A stretch of DNA of 64,000 nucleotides, taken from Octopus sinensis (lineage: Eukaryota). Made by a program: the position numbers and the translations under genes. This document shows positions 1-12,873 of this stretch, piece by piece. The notes beneath the pieces were generated by a model. That model searched no databases. It was not told the DNA's origin and was given only the letters and a program-made list of their open reading frames with translations. Location of the stretch: NCBI RefSeq assembly GCF_006345805.1, contig NC_043009.1, forward strand, positions 22,444,001 to 22,508,000. Direction: 5' to 3'. Every line of letters begins with the position of its first letter. The stretch's first letter is position 1.

Positions 1-305
1 ACATAGACTTCCCCAGGAATGAGTTTTAGCATTTCATCATTAATATGGTGAACAGTTTTATTCCTCGGGGCCAGTATAGCCTTTTTGCCAATCCAATCCA
101 TATTCTGATAATTAGCTTGTAGATCTGGGAACACTGCATCTCTGAGATCAGAAGGCGTCTTAACAATGGTACAAATGGAATCGATGGCAATATTACCATT
201 TTCATCCCCTGGTATTTTGCCTTCGCCAAGTGCAAGGAGGGTGTGAGGAAATGCTGCTGATGTGATATTACGTCGCATATGAGCACGCATATTGGTGTGA
301 AGTTT
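1..305 (-). pseudogene. Helitron RepHel Pif1-family helicase fragment
   Basis: A minus-strand frame not in the ORF track reads TLKLHTNMRAHMRRNITSAAFPHTLLALGEGKIPGDENGNIAIDSICTIVKTPSDLRDAVFPDLQANYQNMDWIGKKAILAPRNKTVHHINDEMLKLIPGEVY. The LxxNMR, LLxLGEG, VFPDL and AILAPRN..V..IN..ML..IPGE motifs are typical of Helitron Pif1 helicases. It runs off the window start. Confidence 0.85.
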
Positions 306-543
306 GAGAGTTACTTCCGTTTATTTTTAAAAATATGCATTAAAATGGAAAAAAATGATGGTAAATTATTTGTAAAATCATAGACTCATCGTAGACGCGC
401 GCTAATACCCAGAAGGGCTCGATATGAATCACGACTATAAGATACAGTAAAACTGTATTGGTTAAACTGCATCGCAAAATGTGGGAGTAGTTAGGAATCT
501 AAATCGGAGTAGACAGACACACAACCTTTCTTTTATATATAAA
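306..543 (-). mobile_element. Putative non-coding 5' end of the same internally deleted Helitron
   Basis: The minus strand begins TTTATATATAAAAGAAAGGTTGTGTGTCTGTC, resembling Helitron 5' ends, and abuts the helicase fragment with no start codon. Family assignment is by resemblance only. Confidence 0.5.
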
Positions 544-544
544 T

Positions 545-1020
545 ATTTTCGTCCTAAAAAACTTTGTATGGATTGAATGGTTACCTCTATGGAAATATAT
601 ACACGCACATTATACATACATGTGTGTATAGATGAATATATAAATACATTTAAATATCTATATACACTTTTGGGCGATCTTTCTGTTTCTTAGAGATAAC
701 TTTAGATCTTATTTTCGTGCTAAAAAACTTTGTATGGAGTGAATGGTTACCTCTATGGAAATATATACACACACGTTATACATACATGTGTGCATAGATG
801 AATATATAAATACATTTATATATCTATATACACTTTTGGGCGATCTCTGTGCTACTTAGAGATAACTTTAGATCTTATTTTCGTCCTAAAAAACTTTGTG
901 CGGAGTGAATGGTTACGTGTATGGAAATATATACACACACATTATACATACATCTGTGTATAGATGAATATATAAATACATTTAAATATCTATATACACT
1001 TTTGGGCGATCTTTCTGCTA
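545..1020. repeat. ~166-bp minisatellite, about 3 copies
   Basis: ATTTTCGT(C/G)CTAAAAAACTTTG recurs at ~545, ~711 and ~877 with near-identical intervening sequence. Confidence 0.9.
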
Positions 1021-1662
1021 CATGGATATAGGGGCGATGTTTCGCTTGTCGTAGCACACGTTTCCGTCGATTTCCGTAAAAATGTAAACACTGAATCGGC
1101 CATACATACATACATACATACACACACACATACATGCATACATACATATACACATAAACCGAGTAAAAAATTTCAGTTATCTCTCTCTTTCACACATTAC
1201 TCTCTCTGTCTCTTCACACACACTAACAGAAGCACTTCACTTACACAACATACTGTCTGTCTCCCACACTCCATCAAACACACACACACACACACATGTA
1301 CATCAATGCGTCCCATGCACGGTAACTTCAAAAGAACTTCCCTCGTCATACAATCGCTTTCTCTTAGTCTCTTTCGCTCTCATTACTTATGTAAAAAAAT
1401 AATTTTTTTACGGAAATCGACAGAAACCTGTGCTACGACAAGCGAAACATCGCCGATATGGCGATGTGCTACGACAAGCGAAACATCGCCGATATTAGGT
1501 CTTATATTCGTCCTAAAATACTTTCCTGTCACACACTCACGCACACGCACGCACACACACACACACACCCTCACACACACACACACGCACCCTCACACAC
1601 ACATACACATGCACACACACACTCACACACACGCACGTTAGCTTACAATTTTATTTATATAT
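1021..1662 (-). mobile_element. Non-autonomous Helitron-like/MITE-like element with 50-bp inverted repeat and internal microsatellites
   Basis: 1033-1082 and 1405-1454 are reverse complements with 2 mismatches. There is a 36-bp tandem duplication at 1429-1495 and a CATCGCC-GATAT-GGCGATG hairpin. The right end resembles a Helitron 5' terminus on the minus strand. Confidence 0.5.
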
Positions 1663-1989
1663 TTGCGTGTCTATGTGTGTAAAGAGGAAGTGGCAGACTG
1701 AAAGAGTCACTCACTACAAAAGGTGAATTACTTTCATTTTATTCCTTGCACACTGTGTGTGTGCGTGTGGTGTAAAACACATTAAGAAAAGCATTTGACA
1801 TACACACCAGAATGTGAGTTTTCTGTAAATTTTGCTTAATTGGAGTTTAAATTTTAAAAAGTGGACCTGGCAAAACCCGATGCATTCTACTCTTAAAAAT
1901 GCTAAGTAAATTGTAATTGAAGAAATCCTATATTGTAGATTTCTATAACTGACAAAGGGAGGCAGATAAAATCTGCCTTTTATAATAAG

Positions 1990-2032
<43 letters not shown>

Positions 2033-2130
2033 TACCAACTGATGTTAAAATCATGTGATTTGTGGAAACGCATATAGCAATGTATTAAATATTTATAAAT
2101 TCCATCCTAGAATTATTGTTATTACTATAT

Positions 2131-2183
<53 letters not shown>

Positions 2184-2849
2184 AGTATATGCATGTGTGT
2201 GTGTGTGTGTGTGTGCGTGAGAGAGAGAGAGAGAGAGTATATGAATTCAACCAAAATAAATCTGCGAGAAAAAAAATGGTGTAGTTTCTTCTTTAAGTTT
2301 TCAGAGGTAAAATGATCAGATGTCTGCATGGAAAGGTAGCACACATTGCCAGGTAGGATAAAGTGATAGTGTGGGGCAGAGGAGAATCTGGGTGGTGTGA
2401 GGGGTAGAAGGACCAAAGGATGGAGAATGTTAGAGGAGCGGATCTTGTATCTATCTGCCAACGGTGACAAAGAAACCTGCCACCAAACCCAATAAAAAAA
2501 CCTCCAATAACCATAATGATGATGATGAGGATGGCGATGATGATGTGATGCTAAGGGCGGTGATGATGATGATGATGGAGACGATGACGGAGAGCATGAG
2601 GATGGTGGTCGTGGTGGTGATAATGATGACAATGGTAGCGATGATTATGATGAAGATAACGATATGGGTTGTAGAAAGAAAAATTATTTTCAATGAAAAT
2701 TATTGTCATGAAAGAGGTTTAGTCAAAAAAAAAAAAAAAAATAGAGGGAACAAATAGAAAATGAGTAATGGTAGAACCAGATTTAACATCAACCTGCCAA
2801 TTCCCACTTCCATTAGTGGACTAGTATTGTCTATCTTATTTGTTCAGCC

Positions 2850-3155
2850 ATCTGGCTGTGGCCATGCTGGATTTAGCTGAAGAACTTATTCTTTGTAAAA
2901 TCTAGTACTTATTCTATCAGTTTCTTTTGCTGAACTGCTAAGTTACGGGAACATAAACACACCAGCATTGTTTGTCAAATGATGGTGGTGGTGGTGGGGG
3001 ACAAACTTGACACACTCAAAAATACATAAGTACATATATACATACATAGATAGATATACGATGGGCTTCTTCCAGTTTCTGTGTACCAAATCCACTCACA
3101 AGGCTTTGGTTGGCCTGAAGTGCCACGCAGAAGGACTGAACCCAGAACCATGTGG
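2850..3155 (-). mobile_element. SINE family A (tRNA-like head, internal microsatellite), degenerate
   Basis: Reverse-complement similarity to the full copy at 53323-53717. Confidence 0.75.
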
Positions 3156-3159
3156 TAAT

Positions 3160-3543
3160 GTTTATTTATTCATATTGATATGAGTTAATCATGCATTATC
3201 TCATAACTTTGAGATTTTAAAGACATGATTGTTTATGATTAGAATAATAGTGTAGGGTGAGTGTGAGAGGCTGGATCTGGCCAGTTTGAAGATAAAGCAG
3301 CTAGATTATTTTGACTGGATATGGCCAGTGTAAATGCTAAAAGGTCAAACCGGCCATAGCAGCCCAAATATTCTATGTGTTTTATTTTCAAACTGACCAG
3401 ATCCAGCTTCTCACACCTACCTTACAATCTCATTCTAAAAATAAACAATCACATCATTGAAAGCTATGAGTTAATACAAGATTAATTCAAAACAAAGTGA
3501 ATAAATAAGCATTATATTTGATATCTGAATGCTAAAGGGTTAC
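3160..3543. mobile_element. Two partial piggyBac-type MITEs (family 2) in opposite orientations
   Basis: Share the internal sequence and GCTAAAGGGTTAA-type terminus with copies at 7705-8203 and 19650-19878. Confidence 0.65.
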
Positions 3544-3929
3544 ACTAAAGCAGAGGTTCTTAAATGGTATGTCATGGCGCTGTGGTATATTGATGACAGT
3601 CTTTAGACTGTGGCAAAGCTGGGGTTCATGACCTGTATTTATAGGTTTCGATCAATACATCAGACCCTGTACTTTGTCTGGGCTTGATAGTAAATACAAA
3701 AAAAAGTTTTGTTCCAGTTACTCCCACCTAAGTAAAAAGAGTACTCACTGCCATGGTAGAAATTATTAAGGATGTTTTATTTTGGTCAAATAAATCTCTT
3801 GCTACTCTGAGTTTCACCTGTAGGCATACAAAATATTTAAAGCAAGTTATGATTTACAATTTGCCTGAAGATACTGTAGCAAGAAACCAACACAGCCAAA
3901 GTAATAATAATATCAGTGCCACTGGACTG

Positions 3930-4190
3930 GCTCCTGTGCAGGTGGCACATAAAAAGCACCATTTGAGTGTGGCCGTTGCCAGTACCGCCTGACTGGCCCT
4001 TGTGCCGGTGGCACGTAAAAGCACCCACTACACTCTCAGAGTGGTTGGCGTTAGGAAGGGCATTGAGCTGTAGAAACTCTGCTAGATCAGATTGGAGTCT
4101 GGTGCAGCCTTCTGGTTCGCCAGACCTCAGTCAAACCGTCCAACCCATGCTAGCATGGAAGGCGGATGTTAAACGATGATGATGATGATA
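3930..4190 (+). mobile_element. 5'-truncated RTE 3' tail ending in (GAT)n
   Basis: AAGCACCCACTACACTC...GGCGTTAGGAAGGGCAT...CGTTAAACGATGATGAT matches the 3' end of the RTE LINE at 32170-32347. Other copies lie at ~5435-5620(-), ~13905-14240(-), ~19115-19290(+) and ~33320-33560(-). Confidence 0.85.
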
Positions 4191-4467
4191 TACAGGTTGG
4201 TGCAAAAGTAGGTATACAGCTATGAAAAAACAAAACAAATACAATATTCATATATTTTTGTCAATAAAATTAAAAGTTACGATAGAAGTATTATTATAGT
4301 TATGATAAATGTATTATTTTGATTAAAGACACTGAAAATATAAAAAATGAGGCCAACTAATTTAATGCGCTAATAATTTTAAATATGTACAAAAAATATA
4401 AGACAAAGACAGGTGAGGGAACAATAAACAAGGTGTATTAGTTTGATGCTCAAGAAGAATGGAAGAA

Positions 4468-4505
4468 GTTTTTGACATTTCGAGCAAATGCTCTTTGACA
4501 GAAAA
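4468..4505 (-). ncRNA. Degenerate hammerhead-like motif in a Penelope-like terminal repeat fragment
   Basis: Minus strand TTTCTGTCAAAGAGC-ATTT-GCTCGAAATGTCAAAAA; same family as 22285-22320, with a non-canonical core. Confidence 0.35.
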
Positions 4506-5835
4506 AAAATGAGGAAAGAAAACTAAGAAAGAAAGAAACATGATTGGATTAATAGTTTCACATGTCAAATTGACACATATATATGTGTGTGTGTGTGTGT
4601 GTGTGCGACAAGCTTCTTAGGTTTTCCCTCTACCAAACCTGCATGTCAAAGGCTTTGATTAGCCCAAGGTTAAGGTAGAAGACACTTGCCTGAGGCGCCA
4701 CATGGTAGGACTGAACCCTGAACTATGTGGTTGGGAGGTAAGCTTCTTAACCACATGACCACGCCGGTGTCTACTCCCAGTACATAATGAATACTTGTTT
4801 ATTGAACTTGAAGAGGATAAAAATGAAAGCCAATTCCTATGGGATTTGAACTTACAGCTCAGAGGGAAGAAATAATTAAATATTAAATTTAACGAGTTAT
4901 CCCCTCAGTCGCCCCCTCCATTCCCCCTGTCACCATGTTGCTGCTTCTGTCAAACTTGCACTGCTGTTGAATTTGGGAAATACTTGTTTGTTTATCAGAA
5001 AAACTGAAGGATAAAATTTCAAAAATACAACATATTGGTAAGAAGCATCACCAGGGCATTGTATATCTCAGTGTACAGTGACATATGTTATTTAAGAAAT
5101 GTTGTGATAAAATTCACAGAGCAGCAAGACTTCTCACAACAGAATACATACATTCACACTGACAGGAGTTGGTTACCAAGTGAGTTTGCTTGTTGAATTA
5201 ACAAAAAACTCCAACCAAACGAAGAACCAACTTGGGTAAATATGTGATGAACACAGTACAAGAGAAAACTTTCAGATATGTCGCAAAAAGAGAAAGAAAA
5301 AAAAACCCCAGAAAATGCTGAGACTTATACAAGTAATGAGAAAGCCTCGCAAACCAATGATGGAGCCAAGGCAAGGTTGCTCAGCCTGATATAGAAATAG
5401 CAACCAAGTTCTCTTCAACCTACAATTTACCATCTTCATCATCATCATCGTTTAACGTCCGTTCTCCATGCTAGCATGGGTTGGACGGTTCGGCTGGGGA
5501 TCTGGGAAGCTAGAAGGCTGCACCAGGCTCCAGTCTGATCTGGCAGTGTTTCTACAGCTGGATGCCCTTCTTAATGCCAACTACTCTGTGAGTGTAGGGG
5601 GTGCTTTTTACGTGCCACCGGCAATCCCAGGGATACTCTTTTATTCACTTCAGTTATATTGTGGCCATTTTGGGGCAAAACTTTGATGGATTTTAGTTGA
5701 TCATGTATTTTTCAATCTGCTACTTATTTTATTGATCTGCGTGTTGCACTGCTAAGTCATGGGACATAAACACAGTTACACACATATACCATAAAAACTA
5801 AAAATGTTAAATTACTTGGAATAAATATTTCCATG

Positions 5836-6062
5836 GCAAATCATCCAAGTCCTCTGTAACTCTTTTGTTACCATAGTTACGGTAAATCAATTTCAAAAAT
5901 AATGGAGAATTGAGTAAAATAACTGTTATTATCAAGATGGTGCTTGGAATATAAATTATCATAAGCATTTGAAGGAAGATTTTAATGCAGATCATTTTCA
6001 ACAGGAAGTTGATATCACAGAACCAGGGGTAGTCTTAGGTTGATAGGAGTCAAAAAGGTTAA
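5836..6062 (+). mobile_element. piggyBac-type MITE family 1
   Basis: Degenerate TAACTCTTTTGTTACC left end and AAAAAGGTTAA right end; the interior matches 8406-8634 and 14583-14812. Confidence 0.7.
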
Positions 6063-7211
6063 ATGATATTACCAATATTAAGTTACCATACCAAAATTTG
6101 AACTTGGTACAGTAAGCTAATAAATTGTTTGTTGGCTGTTATACGGCTGTTCCCCCACACAGCAAGTAAATTAGGCTTTATGAAGGTTGAAAAAAAATTC
6201 CTCAAAAGACAAGATATAATAAGGTAGCAGTCACATGATGCTAATTACTGATCTTTCAGTTAGCAGTCCAACAACCTGCTAATTTTATATGAGATGCCTT
6301 TAATTAAAAATAGATTTCGTTTTTACATTATTATTTTTTTTAGATGAAGCCTACATTGGCTTACAATATTTTATCAGTAAACTGTTTTAACATTAAATTA
6401 GTGAAAGAATTCATAAAACACATGCTATTACTATGATATTGGTGGATGGATTATTGGGTTGGAAGAGAAATGGATGAAATACTTTCTGCCTCAAGCTAGG
6501 TTCTGTTGCGTTTCTGGTGTTCAAATCCTACCATGGTTGACTTCATCCCTTTACAGATCAATAAAATAAGTGCTAATTAAGTTCTGGTGGTGGTGGTGGT
6601 GGTTGTCATGTAACACTGACTGTTCTCTCTGCTCCCTTATATTTTTGTGGTCATGTGCAAATGTTAGAAATCAAATTTAAATGCTACTACCACCACCACC
6701 ACCACCGCTGAAACCACCATTTCAGGTTCATACCTGAAATGGCATTTTGGCATTACTGATTTGACACTGACTTATTTGAAATTAGATGTTTTAATGTTTA
6801 AGGTGACTTAGATTTGAATGAGGACAGGTTAAGCAATATCTCAATCCCACATCCTGCCCATGACATGTTACACGATGTAGTGGCCTTGATTCATACTTAT
6901 GGGTTCATACTGTACCACAGGAAGTGCACACAATCAGCCAAACTGGAAAATAGCAACCGCACACTCTCTTTCACATCAAAGCTGAGTGATTTAAGATAGG
7001 GCGTAGAGCTATACAAATTATTTGCTTCAGCAAATTGTTCAAATTTACAGACATACTAAATTTAAAAACAAAAAAAGACAAAAATAAAAAAGAAAAAGAT
7101 TCAACTAGTGCAAAGATCTTGAATTTAAGTCATATGCTTACAGGAATTTTTGTTGTCTAATTTAGACATTAATACTTAATTTTACACATTTTCAGATCAC
7201 ATAGCTGCTGT

Positions 7212-7458
7212 AGATTAAGGCAGCTAATAATAAAAATAATCCTTTCTACTATAGGCACATGGCTTGAAATTTGGTGGGAGAGGACTGGTCAATTACACTG
7301 ACCCCAGTGCTCAATTGATACTTAATTTATCAACCTTGAAAGGACAAATGGCAAAGCTGATGAACTCAGTGGAATTTGAACTCACAACATAGCAACGGGC
7401 AAAATACCACTAAGCATTTTGTCTAGTGTGCTAACAATTCTGCCCGCTTGCTGCCTTA
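7212..7458 (-). mobile_element. SINE family B
   Basis: Reverse-complement similarity to 13662-13890. Confidence 0.7.
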
Positions 7459-7560
7459 ATAATAATGATAACAATATTATTCAGTTCTATATTTAAGAGA
7501 TGAGGAATTATGTACATTATTTACATTTGACAGATATTTGTCCTCATCTTGTTTGTTGTT

Positions 7561-7602
7561 AACACAATGTTTTGGCTGATCCCTCCAGCCTTCTTCAGGT
7601 GC
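7561..7602 (-). ncRNA. CpG-decayed type I hammerhead motif (probably inactive)
   Basis: Minus strand GCAC CTGAAGA A GGCTG-GAGGGAT-CAGCC AAAAC ATT GTGTT. Stems I and II are intact; G12 and G16.2 read A. Confidence 0.55.
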
Positions 7603-7704
7603 CAGAGTTAGGCATTCTTCAGGTGCCAGAGTTAGGCAGTCAATAGTTAAAAACTAAGTGGCTACATTAGGCCATGACCACAGTTAGTAAGACGCGTAAC
7701 TGAT

Positions 7705-8203
7705 TTAACCCTTTAGTATTCAGTTTACTCTGTCAATTGGGAAGGCACATGGCTCAGTGGTTAGAGCTTACGATCGTGAGGTTGTGAGTTCAAATCCCGG
7801 ACCGGACTGCATGTTGTGTTCTTGAGAAATGAGTTGCAGCGTCACAGGTGCCAAGCTCTATTGGACTTTGCCTTTCTCTTGGATAACATCAGTGGTGTGG
7901 AGATGGGAGGCTGGTATGCATGGGCGACTGCTGGTCTTCCATAAACAACCTTGCCCCCACTTGTTCTTGGGAGGGTAACTTTCTAAGTGCAATCCCATAT
8001 TCAGTCAGATGTAGTATTTGTTTATTCACAATGTTTCAAATCAACCAAGCACTATTTCATAGGTTTGAGATTTCAATGATGTGATTGTTTATTCTTAGAA
8101 TGACATTGTTGGATAGGTGTGAAAGGCCCTATATGGCCAGTATGAACATAAAACAGGTGGAATATTTGGGCTGGCTACAGCCAACTTAAATGCTAAAGAG
8201 CTA
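7705..8203 (-). mobile_element. piggyBac-type MITE family 2 interrupted by a tRNA-derived SINE (family D, ~7741-8000, +)
   Basis: TTAACCCTTTAG at 7705 and GCTAAAGAGCTAA at the right end. The SINE head TGGCTCAGTGGTTAGAGC...GAGTTCAAATCCC has A- and B-boxes. Confidence 0.7.
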
Positions 8204-8405
8204 AAACAATGGTTTTTATCAAGCATAAAAAAATTAGATTTAAAAAAAATTGTTTTATAAATTTCTTTATGCAATCTGAAGATTGCCAAATGGCACTAAG
8301 CTCTGAATAATGGGAACAACAAGCAACTTTAATAAATATGTAAAATATAAAAAAGTAAAACCTGCAAAATTTATCTTCCCCTCAATTTCATGTGTGGCCT
8401 GAAAG

Positions 8406-8634
8406 TTAACCCTTTAGTTACCATATTTCTATGGAAATACATTTCCTTTCTTTCACTTAATTTTGAAAATAATGAAGAATTTTCTCAAATAACTTAGCCA
8501 GTGTTAAATTAGTGCTTGGAACAAAAATGAACTTGAAGTTCTAATAGAAGATTAAATCTAGGTCATTCTACAAAAGGATGCTTGTGTCATAGGACCAGGG
8601 GTGGTCTCAGACAGATTGGAATCAAAAAGGTTAA
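8406..8634 (+). mobile_element. piggyBac-type MITE family 1, TTAA-flanked
   Basis: TTAA-CCCTTTAGTTACC ... ATCAAAAAGG-TTAA. Confidence 0.8.
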
Positions 8635-9191
8635 ACTACACTGTGTGTTTCAAACAATTTTGCAAATAACAAATAATTTTGTAAAGGAATTCTTGTCATG
8701 ATGGTTGGAAATTAAATTGATATAAAATTCTGATGGAAGGTTTTAAATTCAGATCACTTTAAAACAGGAAGTTTGTATCATAGAACTTGGGGTAGTCTCT
8801 GGTGGGTTATCATGGTGCTGAAGTAAGCACTATATTGGATAACAAATTAGCAAAAGGTTTAACAAGTTTATACATGTGTGTGTGTGTGTATGACATAATG
8901 GACCAGAGTGCTGGGCTCTCAACCAGGTCATGAGTGCAATTCCTGGATTTAGGCAGTGCACTGTATTCTTGGGCAAGGCACTTCTTCATACTGCTCCAGT
9001 CTACTCAGCTGAAAATGAGTATCAGCTGGGTGCTGGTGCAGTTCTTTCTCCTTCGAGCTGTGACATACAAGATGCTCTTCTGGGTTGAGACAGGGGTAGG
9101 GTGGAGAGGGTGTTTATGTCTGCTCATGGCCACAGAGGCATCTAAAGCAATCAGCAAAAGCAATGTATATGCTAAAAGCTCATATGGCATT

Positions 9192-9251
<60 letters not shown>

Positions 9252-9461
9252 ACACACACACACACATACATACATAATATCGTGTGTGTGTGTAGTTCAA
9301 CAGCCCTACCTACACAGTGGATAGCAAATTCTAAAATATCAGTTTGAAAACTGCTTTTAAGTGAGAAACTAGAAACACAGTCACGATTTATAAACATTCA
9401 ATTATTAAAGTGGAAAACTTATCAGAAATGCCATTTCTATTCCTTTCTGTTAAATATGTAT

Positions 9462-9507
<46 letters not shown>

Positions 9508-9706
9508 TCAAGAGAAATTATGGCAAACACAAGTTTATATTATTAGTTCCTATATACTTTACACAGTTATGGTTGCTTGGAACCCTGCATGAGGTGTTCC
9601 AATTGTATTTGCATGCTTAACCAGAACTGGTCATCAGGGAACACTTAATTACATTGAGTTACAGGCAGTTAATATCAAGCATAAATATATTATATATATA
9701 TATATA

Positions 9707-10090
9707 GGTGCAGGAGTGACTGTGTGGTAAGAAGCTTGCTTACCAACCACATGGTTCCAGGTTTAGTCCCACTGCTTGGCACCTTGGGTAAGTGTCTTCA
9801 ACTATAGTCTCAGGTCAACCAAAGCCTTTTGAGTGTATTTGGAAGATGGAAACTGAAAGAAGCCCGTCATATATGTATATGTGTGTGTGTGTGTGTTTGT
9901 CCCTGCACCATTGCTTGGCAACTGATGCTGGTGTGTTTACGTCTCCGTAAATTAGCGGTTCAGCAAAAGAGACCGATAGAATAAGTACTAGGCTTACAAG
10001 AATAAGTCCTGGAGTCAATTTGCTCGACTAAAGGTGGTGCTCCAGTATGGCCACACTCAAATAACTGAAACAAATACAAGAATAAAATAA
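9707..10090 (+). mobile_element. SINE family A, near full length
   Basis: GGTGCAGGAGTGACTGTGTGGTAAG head and GGTGGTGCTCCAGTATGGCC...CTGAAAC tail. An inverted copy follows at ~10128-10540. Confidence 0.85.
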
Positions 10091-11055
10091 ATATATATAT
10101 ATATACACATACACACACATATCTTTAATCTTTTACTCGTTTCTGTCATTAGACTGTGGCCATGCTGGGGCATCGTCTTGAGGAATCTTTAGTCGAATGA
10201 ATTGTCCCCAGTACTTAACGTTTTGGTAAGTCTGGTACTTATTACTCTCTTTTGCTGAACCACTAAGTTACAGGGATGTAAACACACCAACACCAGTTGT
10301 CAAGCTGTAATGGGGGACAAACACAGACACAAAGACACACACACACACACACATAGATATTTATATACATATATATACAATGGATTTCTTTTAGTTTCTG
10401 TTTACTAAATCCACTCACAAAGCTTTGGTCAGCTTGAGGCTATAGTAGAAGACACTTGTCCAAGGTGCCACGCAGTGGGAGTGAACCTGGGACTATGTGG
10501 TTGGGAATCAAGCTTCTTACCACATGGTCATGTCTGTGCCTATATACATACATACACACACAACAGGATTCCACAAAGTTCCTATCTAATAAATTCACAC
10601 ACAAGGCAATGGTTGACTTAAAGACATATAAGAAGATACTTGCTTAAGCTGCTGTACAGTGGGACTGAACCTAAAACCATGTGGTTGCAAAGTGCGATTC
10701 GTATCTACATAGCGATGCCTACATGACGTGTGTGTGTGTGTGTGTATGTGTATGTCACACACACTAACACATATATTCACATACATACAAATTGTAAAGA
10801 ATTAATGTTTCAAATATAGTTGTAACATCTAAAAGAACTATTTTTCTGCCATTTGTCAATGCGAGCTAGCAGAATCGTTAGCACGCTGGGTGAAATGCTT
10901 ATACACACACGCATACATATATATATATATATATATATATACGACAGGCTTCTTTCAGTTTCTGTCTACCAAATCCTCTCACAAGGCTTTAGTTGCCCAA
11001 GGTGCCATGCAGTGGGACTGAACCTGGAATCATGTGGTTCGTAAACAAGCTACTT

Positions 11056-11278
11056 ATTTCTTTATTGCCCACACGGGGCTAAACATTGAGGGGGACAAAC
11101 AAGGACAAAGGGATTAAGTCGATTAGATCGACCCCAGTGCGTGGCTGGTACTTAATTTATTGACCCCGAAAGGGATGAAAGGCAAAGTTGACCTCCGTGG
11201 AATTTGAACTCAGAATGTAAAGACAGACTGCTAAGCATTTTGCCTGGTGTGCTAACGTTTCTGCCAGCTTGCCGCCTT
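11056..11278 (-). mobile_element. SINE family B inserted into the head of a SINE A copy
   Basis: Flanking direct repeats TAAACAAGCTACTT (11042-11055) and TAAGCAAGCTACTT (11281-11294). Confidence 0.85.
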
Positions 11279-12083
11279 CATAAGCAAGCTACTTACCACA
11301 CAGCCACTCCTAAGCCTTATAAAAAATTTCCCATGACAGGAATCGAACTCGGAACCACCTGGGTGAACACCAGGGATCTTAACCACTCAACCACATGGGA
11401 CTGTTAAATAGTTAAAGATAACTACTTTCCACAGCTTCCATAGTGCTTTTTACTGAGCACCAGAACTTTTTACTTGGCAGCAGCACTAGTGCTTTTTACA
11501 TGGTACTAATCACCAGTGCTAAACTCAATAAAAATTAAATAGTTCATTAATTCTACATTTGGAACCATTAATTTTGAGAAATATTTTGAGAATTTAATTT
11601 AATTTAGATTTAAGCCCACGTTTTTCTTTTTTTTTTTCTCCTTTTGACATTTAAAATAGTTATTACACAAGACCCTTTGTACGGTAATCACATTAAATTC
11701 TACAATGTTTAATAATAAATATTCAGGAAAATATGTATTTAAGATGGATGATAAAGGAAAATTATGGGGGGGGGGCAGAGAGAAGAGAAACTGAGAGTGT
11801 GATCATGAGAGAGTGTGTGAAAGAGAAAAGAACAGAGTGTGCGCACGTGTGTGTGTGTGTGAGAACATGAGACAATATGAGATAGAGAGTGCATGTGTGT
11901 GTGTGAGAGAAAGAAAGAATTTACGTATGAGAGACAGTGAGCATGTACGTGTTTATGAGTGAAAGGTGGGGGGGGGGCAGGGAAAGTTTTTTAAATAGCA
12001 GAGGAGTCTGTCTGTGTGTGAGACAGGGAGTGTGTGACAGTGGGAGAGTATATTAAGTGAGAAAAAAAGGGGTGAGTGCCTGG

Positions 12084-12114
<31 letters not shown>

Positions 12115-12873
12115 TAGAGGGTGAGTGTGCATCTACTTGTATCTATTTGTGTGACAATGAAAGAAGGTACATCATTTGCCAAGCCTTTGGTGCCCTGAAG
12201 CTTCCCAGATTATATTTGTAATTGTGTGTGTGTGTGTGTGTGTGTGTGCATGCATGTGTTTGCTTATGAGAACGCATGCATATGTAGATGTGTTGATTTG
12301 CAATGATATGTGTAAGTGCATACAGATCTATCTGTATGTGTGTGTGTATATGAGCACATGTGCTTATCATGGACAAGTAACGTACGCTTATATGGTCACA
12401 CACATTATGTCACTTGTATGCATTTGAATCCGTCTGAACATCTGCATGTGTAGACATACATGTGTGTGTGTGTGTGTGTGTGTGAATTGTGTAACAAGGC
12501 GCATGAAGAGCAAGTGCACTAATAACAAGGTATCTCACATAAATAAGTTGATTAGAGATGAATTATAATTCAATATAATAGGAAACAAATGAAAATAGAA
12601 TTGAAGAGATGGGCTGGTGATGGTGATGAATGTTGAGTTAATAAGGTCAGCATCCTTAGGGCAAAAACATTTTTAATATCACATGCACTCTATACATACA
12701 TACATGCATATAATAATACTCTAATAAAAATACATACATACATACATATATATATATACATACATATATATATATATATATGTATGTCTTTCTCTCCCCA
12801 AGATAGAAACTGTATGAAGCCTGTCACATACACAGACATGTAGAAGTGTGTGTGTGTGTGTATACATATATAT

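Noticed and set aside
2293-2480. Non-repetitive stretch open in two minus-strand frames
   Set aside because: No recognisable domain or clear splice donor; cannot choose a frame.
3865-3887. CTGAAGA...GAAAC spacing
   Set aside because: No stem II, stem III or stem I pairing; chance match.
4999-5179. Two small plus-strand exon-like segments (EKLKDKISKIQHI / EQQDFSQQNTYIHTDRSWLP)
   Set aside because: Weak second acceptor, no recognisable homology, and such AG/GT-bounded short frames are expected by chance.
11332-11400. tRNA-like sequence on the minus strand (also ~29410-29478)
   Set aside because: A- and B-boxes are present but no complete cloverleaf or acceptor stem; these look like SINE heads, not tRNA genes.
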